Origin: a virus
DNA: 64,000 bases
Virus record (IMG/VR): IMGVR_UViG_3300032093_000049
Location: 1 to 64,000 of that record
Reading direction: 5' to 3' (one strand)
This document shows positions 1 to 9,900 of the stretch, piece after piece (within the stretch, counting starts at the first letter, position 1; every line of letters begins with the position of its first letter). Made by a program: the position numbers and the translations under genes. The notes beneath the pieces were generated by a model. The model was not told the DNA's origin, made no database searches, and worked only from the letters and a program-made list of their open reading frames with translations.

Positions 1-3000
1 CTGATCTTTTTTTGTAATATAGTTTCCGTCAGTATCTAGTTCTGGTTTAAAAATACTTGATATGACCATCCAGGTATCTTCATTAGCAATTTCCTTTGAT
101 GACTTGATGTTACCAAGGTTTGCCTCTAGCAACTTTGTTGTTTCTCCTGTTGCTGTTGGATCTTCTGCCATCTCAAGATATGCATTCTTGATAATATTGA
201 ATCTTGTATTTTCCATGTGGAAAGCAACAAGACCAGATTTTTGTTTACCATCTACTGAAGCTTCAATATCTCCAAAGTTAGCCAGAGCTTTTTGGAGAAG
301 CTGATACTTATCAACTTGTTCTTGAAGAAGAGCTTCTTTTTCAAAGTCTGGTTCCTCAGCAGATACATTTTTAATAACTGTCTCTTGGTATTCATCCATA
401 AACTTAGATAGCTCAGTTGCTTTTAACTCAAGTTTATCTTTAATGATACCATAAACACCCTTTCTATTTTTTGTACTCTGAAGAATTTTTGCTACACCAG
501 CTGAGGTATTTTTACTCTCATTATATTGCATGAATACTGAAGCCATCAGGTTATCCATAGCAAGCTTGAGCTTCTCAGTTTCTTCTGATGTAAACGGTAA
601 AGATTCATTCTTCTCACTTTTTACTAATGAAGGTGTAGCAGGTTTAGCTCTATACAGATCCTCATTTACAAAGAGTGCATTGTCTTGGCTAGGTGCAAGG
701 TTAAGTATTTCTCCTTTATAGAGTACATCATAGTACTCACGTACCTTTGCAATATCTCTAGGCTTAAGAAAATCTCTTTTAGTTACTTTAGAAAAGAACA
801 CTCTAAGAGCTCTAGCAATCTTTTCAAATATTCTACCAATTACTCCTGGGAACTTCTTTTTAAATACCATAAATGATCTGAAGTCCTCTGCAAGTTCTTC
901 CTCTATCTCTCTATAAAGATCAATCTTATTTGGATAAGTTTTCTTTTGCCACTTTGGTCTTTGTGCAACGGCCTCATACAAGTCTACCTTTTCATCTAGA
1001 GTAAGATATAACTGTGAGAAACCATGCCATGCTTCGTGGTAAATATCTACAGGTGTACCACCGTCTCCTTCAAAAAGTGTAATACCATTAAGATTCCATT
1101 TAGCAAATGCATTAGAGTTTACAATAGCTGTAATTCTTTCTAGAGGTATAACGGACTTAAGCCCACTTTCATTATTATACCAGTCAAGTGCCTTTTGTTG
1201 ATCTCTTTTAGTTATGAATACACTATCAATAAATCTTTTAACTGACTTTGATCTTTCCAGGTCACCAAGCTTATCATTAATCTTATCTAGAATCTCTTGG
1301 GTCTTTTTACCTGCATCTAAACCATCAATAGGTGTAACAGAAAGTCTAACCATATCTTCTGTAGACAACTCTTGTTTTTCAGTTTTAGGTTTACCTGTCT
1401 TTAATCCAAATCTTTGTTTGAAAAGCTTTTCATTTGAGACATCTCTAGTAAGGAACTTTTTAGTTTTTTTGTCTTTAAATGAAGTTCTATACATAAAGCT
1501 TTTAGGGGCAACAATCTCTACTGGGATACCAAGTCTATCTGCAGCTTTTGCAACTGCTTCAGATACACCAGTTTGACCTGTTGTAATAACTTTACTTATG
1601 TCAACTTTTAATTCAGGATGCTCAAGAATTTTTTGAAGTGTTTCATACATAAAATTATCTACAGTTTTTTGAGATGATGTTTTCATCTCAGATAAACTAT
1701 CTCCACTAATAAATAATGTTCCTGTAGAGTTATTAACTGTTCTAATAACATTGTTCAAAAGAGCAACGTCACTGACACTATACCGGTTATTTCTTTTCTG
1801 AATAGGTTGTCCACCATATTCTTTAGCAGCTTCATCTGCTTGGTTCTTAATAAGAGTCTGTGTTGCCGTATCAAAATTCTCAGAGAATGTAATTACTGCA
1901 GAAGCTTTACCTATTGCTTCTTCTTGTGCGGATGCATAACCTGGTCTTGTATTTTGATTAATGGTAATATTTCCAAATGTCTTTTCTAACTTATCATCAT
2001 TAACATCTTCAAGATCAATCTCTGCTTCTTCAGCGTCTTTTATTGTTTTAGCAATAGGTGCAGACTCATCTTTTGTTATAATACCAATTCTCTCTAGAAC
2101 ATCATCTGGAACTGAAAATGAAAGATATGCATTAGAACCTTTTACAAAGTCTGCACTTTCAGGATTGTATATAACCCTTAAGTAAGGAGTAATAAATTCA
2201 AAGTAGTTTAACTCTACTTCTTTTATCTTCCCATCTTCAATTTCATAATCAATAAATGTTTGATTTAAACTATCCTTAGAGTAGTTTAATGGTGCCGCAT
2301 AAACTGCACCTTTATCTCCTTTGATTTGTGTACTAAGTGCATCAATAATAAAGTCTTTTGCCCCTTCTTCAGTTGGGTCAACAGGAACACCATTAATAAC
2401 AATAGATAGAACTGAAACACCATCAACTATTTCTGCTTTTACTTCTATAGGAGTTACAGTATAACCTTTTAATTTAGGAGTTGGGCCAAGAAGAGTTCTT
2501 GCATAGGTTGCTCTTTCATCTGGTGTTAATTGTTTACCACCAGGAAGAGTTGCTGTTGTTGTAAGAACATCAGCAAGTTTGTTGATAACCTCTTGGGGCA
2601 TATTAGATCTCTGAAGATAGATCTTAGTCTCACCATTATTAGCAAAGAAATATACTAAACCAGCATCATCTACAACTTCAACATCTAGTTCTTTAATATC
2701 TTCAGGTTTAATAGTAGTATTAGAAAGAAGGACACCAGCTGAAACATTTCCTATATAACCAAAAGATCCTCCATCAATAGGTAACAGTATTTCTTGATCA
2801 GGATTTTTTAATATAAAGTTCCTTAAATTATAAAGAGTGTTTACTTCTCTTTTAATTCTTGCATCTTCATATGCTATAATGTTATCATAATCTTTTTTAG
2901 TAAATTCTATACCTTGAGCTTCTGCACGTTTCTTTCTACTCTCTGCTATTTCTTTAGGACTTACAAGAGTATATACATAGTTAAGATTATTAGACAGCAA

Positions 3001-3957
3001 CAATTTACCTTCATCTGACTTCTGTACTTTTCTCATTGATTGGTACACTAGTCTTGCTCCTGGTTCAGTTGCATCTACTACATCTCCTGATTCATTAAAG
3101 TAAAGAAATTCACCAGACTCAGCATCAGCAAGAGCTAAAACAACACCTTCTTTATGAAGAATTTTAAATGTCTTTCCTGATGCTTTATCAATTGGGTTAG
3201 ATATAAGTTTTTCTTTTACCTCATTTGTTAATTGCTCATCAGGAATAGAACTTGAAGGAAGAAGTCTAAATGTCACCGGAGTTCCTCTATATACAGGAGC
3301 ATCTCCATCTCTTAGTTTGTTTTTAGTAGCTAGTACAATTTCTTCTGTAACTTTATAAAACAAAGCCTTATCAGGATCTCTAAGTGCATTTCTTTCTTCA
3401 GGTGTTAATCCTACAGGGTTCACAGGATAATACTCCTGTCCCGTACCAACAAATGCTGATATTGGTTTTAGTCTTTTATTATTTGCTGACCACTTTAAAA
3501 GTTCTGCACCCTTTTCATCATCATACATTAATACAGGTAGCTCACCTTTAGTTTCATTCATATTCATTACAGCTGCTGTAATGTACTCCGGCTTAATCTT
3601 ACTTTTTTTTACATATCTAGCCACAGCATTAAGACCACTTGAAAGATCTGTAAAATCAAATGCAAGCTTAGAAATCTTAGTAATGAGATTAGCATCAGAC
3701 TTGAAAAAGTGAGCCTTTATATCTCTCTCATTTGCTATAAGTTTTTCTAATAGACTTGGAACTTGTTGAACATATATAAGAGCCCTGGATGTACTATCAG
3801 GATCAGTAGGATCTACAAGATCATTATACAAATCTTTGATATATGAATCAATGTCAAAAACCCCTAACTTGGGGTTCTTGATTCTATCAGTGATTTCTAT
3901 TTTGATATCTGCGTATAAGTCTAATATCTGATCTTTGGTTAATGGTCCACAAGTCAT
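1..3957 (-). CDS. Giant virion ejection/polyvalent protein, N-terminal part (3' end lies outside the window); zincin HExxH plus SLOG-like domain; candidate virion RNA polymerase-containing protein
   Basis: Missing from the ORF track because it has no stop in the window. ATG at 3957 (MTCGPLTKDQILDLYADIK...); the parts I translated are open, in frame with position 1. YHEAWHGF at 1024-1038 with downstream EELAEDF; KVITTGQTGVSEAVAKAADRLGIP near 1570. Position after the other giant genes fits the crAss-like vRNAP gene, but no DxDxD catalytic motif is seen in the window. Confidence 0.75.
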   Translation of the reverse strand, partial: MTCGPLTKDQILDLYADIKIEITDRIKNPKLGVFDIDSYIKDLYNDLVDPTDPDSTSRALIYVQQVPSLLEKLIANERDIKAHFFKSDANLITKISKLAFDFTDLSSGLNAVARYVKKSKIKPEYITAAVMNMNETKGELPVLMYDDEKGAELLKWSANNKRLKPISAFVGTGQEYYPVNPVGLTPEERNALRDPDKALFYKVTEEIVLATKNKLRDGDAPVYRGTPVTFRLLPSSSIPDEQLTNEVKEKLISNPIDKASGKTFKILHKEGVVLALADAESGEFLYFNESGDVVDATEPGARLVYQSMRKVQKSDEGKLLLSNNLNYVYTLVSPKEIAESRKKRAEAQGIEFTKKDYDNIIAYEDARIKREVNTLYNLRNFILKNPDQEILLPIDGGSFGYIGNVSAGVLLSNTTIKPEDIKELDVEVVDDAGLVYFFANNGETKIYLQRSNMPQEVINKLADVLTTTATLPGGKQLTPDERATYARTLLGPTPKLKGYTVTPIEVKAEIVDGVSVLSIVINGVPVDPTEEGAKDFIIDALSTQIKGDKGAVYAAPLNYSKDSLNQTFIDYEIEDGKIKEVELNYFEFITPYLRVIYNPESADFVKGSNAYLSFSVPDDVLERIGIITKDESAPIAKTIKDAEEAEIDLEDVNDDKLEKTFGNITINQNTRPGYASAQEEAIGKASAVITFSENFDTATQTLIKNQADEAAKEYGGQPIQKRNNRYSVSDVALLNNVIRTVNNSTGTLFISGDSLSEMKTSSQKTVDNFMYETLQKILEHPELKVDISKVITTGQTGVSEAVAKAADRLGIPVEIVAPKSFMYRTSFKDKKTKKFLTRDVSNEKLFKQRFGLKTGKPKTEKQELSTEDMVRLSVTPIDGLDAGKKTQEILDKINDKLGDLERSKSVKRFIDSVFITKRDQQKALDWYNNESGLKSVIPLERITAIVNSNAFAKWNLNGITLFEGDGGTPVDIYHEAWHGFSQLYLTLDEKVDLYEAVAQRPKWQKKTYPNKIDLYREIEEELAEDFRSFMVFKKKFPGVIGRIFEKIARALRVFFSKVTKRDFLKPRDIAKVREYYDVLYKGEILNLAPSQDNALFVNEDLYRAKPATPSLVKSEKNESLPFTSEETEKLKLAMDNLMASVFMQYNESKNTSAGVAKILQSTKNRKGVYGIIKDKLELKATELSKFMDEYQETVIKNVSAEEPDFEKEALLQEQVDKYQLLQKALANFGDIEASVDGKQKSGLVAFHMENTRFNIIKNAYLEMAEDPTATGETTKLLEANLGNIKSSKEIANEDTWMVISSIFKPELDTDGNYITKKDQ

Positions 3958-3968
3958 CTTAATATATA

Positions 3969-6900
3969 TTAATCACATTTACTATTTTTTCTAAGTCTGC
4001 TTCTTCTCTCTTCTTTAGAGAGCTGACTTAGTTTATCTACTATTGATTGAACTTCATCAGGGTCATTTATGGCATCTTCCAGAGACTCTACGGTTTCTTC
4101 AGAAGCTGATTCATCTGATTCATCAAACACTTCATCCAAAACTTCCTCTTCTTTTATTCCTTCCATATAATGTTTCAAATACTTGTTCTTTAAGTCTTTG
4201 TTAGATATAAACATTTTTTCATTTGTAGATTCATTTGTTACCTCAACACCTTCATCTACTATGTCTGTTACTGTAAATATCTTATTATCATTCTTTCTTA
4301 CAAGTATGTCTCCTTTTTGTACTGTTTTAGCAGAGACTGTTGTAGAAAACTCTTTTACCTTGTCCTTATATAATTTATCTATATAATTTGAATTTGGCAA
4401 GTTAATTTCTCCTTTTGATAGCTTTTGTATAAGATCAATGTATATATCATCAAGTGTTTCAGCAGTAGCATTTTCAAAGAGAGTATTGATTTCTTCTAAG
4501 TCAATGACTTGCTCTTCTGTAGGTTCTGCTTCTACTATAGTAGGTTGAACTATTAAAGAGTAGATCATTGGCTGAAGCAAATCACTATTTACTTGTCTTC
4601 TTCTTTTTTGTTTAGCTTGTTGTTGAGAAACTCTTGCTGCTTTGCCGGGCTCAGGCTCCTGTACAGCAGATTCATCAACATCTTGTTGTAACCTTGCTTG
4701 TTCTCTTTGGACTGCGGCTGTTTGGACTTTTCTGACTCTGCCATCTTTATTAGTTTTTATACTGGTAATAAAGTTAAGAAGCTGACCTAATACATCTATC
4801 TCATTAGTGATATTAGTAGTAAGTCTGTCCTTACCTTCATACTCTGATTTTAATTGCTCTAATTTAGGAATAATTGAGTTTACATAGTTTGCAAAACTAT
4901 CTAAATCTTGCTTAGTAAGAGAATTAATGTCTGTAATTAACTTATCAAAATTAGCAGGCATGCTTTCTGCCATGATATCATACATATCTTGGATAGCAGC
5001 AGAATTGTCTGATTTGTTTTTGATATCATCTAGATCCTCCTCCTCTTCTTCAGGAGTATTAGAATTAGCAAAAGATTCTGGTAATGACTGAATAGCGTTA
5101 ATTAAATCTTGATTCTTAGATATTACAACTTTGTTATCTTCTACAAGTTGATTAACTTTCTTACCTAGGAAATTAAGTTTGTATTCCATTGCGGCAAGTT
5201 GTTGTACTAACTGTAAACCTTCAGTAAGTTTTTCATCATCACTAAGTTGTCCAGATTTTTCTAGAAGCTGTTGATACTTTGCATCTACTTCAGCAATTTG
5301 TTTTTGAACATTATTTATCTCAGCATCATTAGCACGGTATCTTAGATTCTTAATGCCTTTTTTTCTTGCATATCTTTCAATAGTGTACTCTACTCCATTG
5401 ACTATATATACATCATCAGATTGCTTTGTAATATCATATACCTTACCGTTAATAACAGGCTGATTAAACATTTCTGGATTAAGTCTTATAGTATTTAGAC
5501 CTAACTCAAGGATGTTTGTTTTTTCTGTTGTATTAATAGGGTAGATACTATCTTCTGTTTCAACTCCGTAGTCACCATCCTCATGTGCAAATAAAACTAA
5601 GGTTCCGATTTGTCCATTGTATATAACAGTCTTGTCAACATTATCTTTTATCTCATAGGATTCAGGGACATATTCTTCATATATATTTTGATCTTCAACC
5701 TCTTCTTCTTCTAGAGCAGCTAGCTCATCGTATTTAGCATTAATGCTAGCTAATAATTCTGGTTCTGAAAGCATATGTGTAACAGGAGCTTGTCCTGGTT
5801 TATTTATAATTTCACCTTTAAATCCAGTTACATCAAAAGAATAATGCGTTCTGTCAGGAGCATCTTTTGATAGTACTCCTGTTAATTTACTTTTTCCAGG
5901 AGCAGATACATTTTTTATAGTTATGGTTTCTCCTTTTTTTATTATACCAGGTAATCCATTCACTATAATTCGTACATCTTTTCCTAAAGTAAATGTATTT
6001 CCTATTTTTCTTTCTTTTACTTTTTCTAACTCTTTCTCTATATCAGCTTTCTTAGCTTCTATATCAGCTTTTGGTTTTGCTCTTTTTGCAGAAGGAGCCA
6101 AAGTAACAGGTACTAACTCATTAACCATGTCAACCGGTTCTATAGTAATAAAACCAGATTCAGGATCTGCAATAGATGCTAACTGAAGACTTTCAATCTG
6201 TGCCTCTTCATTAATCTTAGTTTCTATAGGAAGAATTCTAATCTCTTTAGGCATTATACCTGTCATGTTTGCAAACAGGTTTCTATAGAAAGTAAGCTGC
6301 GTAGCATACTCTGGTCTTCTACTAAACTCAGGAGTAAAAACATATGTTGGTTTTTTAAACTCTACATCTATGTTAACAGCTTTTTTACCAGCACCCTTTT
6401 CAAAATAAACTTTAATAGTACCGTTGATAATACCCTTTTTGTCTGAACCTTCTGTAGAAAGAACACTAATTGATTTAATGTCATTATCATATGAAGCATT
6501 AAACTCTTCATATGACTCATAACCTAAAGCTTCCCAATTAACGGCATCTAAGTCTGTTAATTTAGGTGCATCCTTTATTGACCAAGTATAAGCTTCACTA
6601 AGATCAATAGTTTGTGGTTGAGCATTAAAATTTTTCCAAACACCAGAATGACCAGTCTTAAAGTCAACAATATAGAAGTTACCATCACTATCAACTAGTA
6701 GAAGGTCAATCTCTCCTGTGATGCCTTTTTTACCGTCTTCAGAAACATAGTTAGGATCATACAACAAGATATCTTTAGGTACAAGAGTAAGCTTACCATC
6801 TTTTGCTTTGTCTAATATCTTATTTAGTACCTCTTTTAGATTTTTAAATGCCTTCTCAGACATTGTTGAAGGTCTCTTAATTGGTTTACCTGCAAGATAG

Positions 6901-9900
6901 TCTCTAGATAAAGAGTCAATCAGTGTGCCTGTTTCTGATGATTCTTTGTCAGCAAGTTCTGTTACAATCTCTTTTACATTTTCAAAATTAAATTCCTTTG
7001 GTTCAGCACCTAAGAAATAATCTTTAAGTCTGTCATACTTCCACTGTGCACCAAACTTTTGAATTTCACCTTTACCAAAAGCTGATTTTAATTGTTCAAT
7101 GAAAGCATTTACTTTTTCTTCTTCTGTTGCGTAGTTAAGTATCTCTACACGTTTTACCATTGTCTCAATCTTAGATGGTTTTTTTACCAACTGTCCTGTG
7201 TTTGGATCAGTAACAATAGGTTCTCGTAAAGCATTGTAGACATAAGCTTTATAGTTAGGATCAATTGCTTTTACTACTCTTTCTTTTTCAGATGTTACTC
7301 TAGTAGCATATTCTCCTTCTTCATAATCAATACCCTTGATTCTTCTACCAATTGTTCTTCCGTTTTTATCTTTAATAACTTCTACATTCTCTGAACCATC
7401 TTTAATTAGGGCCTCAATAGTAGAAACTATTTCTGCTTCTGGAGTTGTAATATCTGCTACAGATCTACGGTATGAAAGATAACCCTGTAGTGCTCTTATT
7501 TCTTTATTAAGTTGCTCTAATTGTGCTTTAGTAAGAGTTTTAGTTTTTCCTTTTGCATCAACTATAGTTTTTGAAGAGTACTGAAACTGCATATCTTTAA
7601 TGAGCTTAGATAACTCTTCAAGATTTTTAGTTCTTAATTCTTCTGGTGTTACTGGTTTAAAAGTAAGAGTAGGAGGTTCTGCTACTAGAACTTCTTCTGT
7701 TTCTCTTTCTCCTGCTTTTGAAGTGTTGTATGCCTCAATAAATGAGCCTTGAGTTTTTAACCAGTTTTGTTTTAGTATAGATAATCTTGCAGGATCTTTT
7801 TCAGATTTGAATTTTTCCTTTCTATACTTCTCAAACATTTTTTCTAAGTCTGCTTTAAGATCTTCAGGAAGTTGATCCCAAGGAGTATCAATAGAAACTT
7901 TTACATAAGCTTTTGCTTCTGAAGCATCAGTAGCTTTAGCACCTTGTCTACGGTATTCTTCTACCAGGTCAGCTTTTATGTTTTCATACTTCTGAGTTAT
8001 CTCAGCAACTTTTGCATCATATCTTTTCTTAGCTTCAGTAGATGCTACATCAATATCAACTACTTCAGCTGATTCTTTGGCAGAATCTACCTTAGATTGT
8101 AATTCTTCTATTTTTTCTTTTAGAAGTTCTGGAATAGCATATCTATAAGTTAAAAACTGTTTTCCAGGATCTGTCCTTAAAAGTGTGGTATCTGAATCAG
8201 CTTTAGATAAAGTGATTGAAGCTTTTATTTTTTCAGGATTAGAAAGTACTTCGTCAAGCTTGTTATTAAACTCTTCATTTGTAATATTAAAGTTAATTTT
8301 AGCTTCTGCAACAAAAGCTTGTTGAGTAGTTAAATCTTCTTCAGTTAAAAGTGGTAAATCTTCAATAGCCTTTGCAGCTTCAGACATTGCAGTAATTTGT
8401 TTTTCTTCTTCTGAAGTATCTACTGCTACTTCTTTTAAGTCTTCAATTTCTTTTTCATTATACCCTACTTCTTGCTTTAGTTCTTGATCATAGATTTTTT
8501 TAGCTTCATCAAGTTCTTTTTGCATCTTCTCATCTTCCTCAGCTATTCTTCCTTTGAGAAGTTCATCAGCATTTGCTCTTTCACCGGCAGGTTTTTCTTT
8601 TTGTATATCTGCAAGCTCTAAGAAAAGATCAAGGTATTCTCTATACAAAGGAGTATCTTGAGTTATAATTCTTTTATTTACCGCATCCTCAAATTGAGTA
8701 GGTAGATTTCTTTTATCTTCTATCCATGCAGCAAATTCATCAAGATCTACATATATACCTTTGTCTGCAAGTTTTTGAAGTAAGTCATTATATTCTTTTT
8801 GTTCTATACTTGTATTAACAACATCTTTAAAGTATTCTGATCTGTTGTTATACATGTCACTCATCCACTTAAAGTTTCTGTTGACATGCTCTAAGAACTC
8901 TTCTGGATCTGAAAGTGCTGTTACAGCAGATGCAAGTGCTGCTGCTTCTGCATCAAGCTTTTGTAAGTCAATAATTGAACTAACTAATGAATCAATAGAT
9001 TTAATTCCTTCTTGTGAAGAAAGTTTATTCATTAGAATATTATACTCATTTGTACCTCCAGTAATTGTTTTAAGATATTCAATAGTACTTGACTTTACAT
9101 CTTCTACTATTTCTTTTGCCATCTCTGCAGCTTTTTCTGCAAAGTTTTCTTCTATAGCTTTTTTTACTTCTTCATCAGTAGCAGTTTCATCAATGTTCTG
9201 TAAAATAGAATTACTTACTGTTATTGCAAACTCTGAAGGATCTAATGCAGAAAGACTAGTTTGAATTCTTCTGAGTTTTTCAACTTTTTCAGTAACCTTA
9301 TCAAGTTGTTTTACAGCAGAAGGATCGGTTACTCCTTTAAGTGATTCTATTTCTGTTTGAAGAATGTTTAATTCATTAGTAAGTCTATCTGTAGAAGTGA
9401 GTGCCATAATATCTGATGCGGCAATCTTATCACTTTGATTTACAAGATTTAATACTTCATTACTTACTGTTTGTATTCTTTCTAAGTTTCTATCAAAGCT
9501 TTCCCCCATAAAGACAAGGTTAGCTCTAGATACCTCAAAGGCTTCATTTAACAAAGCAGCTTTTCTATATTCATCAGTACCTTCCTTGAAGTTATTTAGA
9601 TCAATACCACTTTGCATCTTAAGAGATGCTTGGTATCTTTTATCCATTCTTTTAGCTCTAGCTATAATAGTATCTATTCTATCTAGTGCTTTTTGTCCTT
9701 CACCTGCTTCAAGGCTAAGTTCTTTTTCAACTTCTTCAGGTGTAAGTTGCTTTAACTTTTCAAAGTTGTCAATAAAGTGATGCATTGTTCCTGTTCTCAG
9801 GATAGTAGTGAGATTAGTAATAAAGCTATCATCTAATGCATCAACTGCTTCTTTTGGAGTTAGATCTTCTGAGTCTTGAGTTTTAGATAGAAGGACTTGG

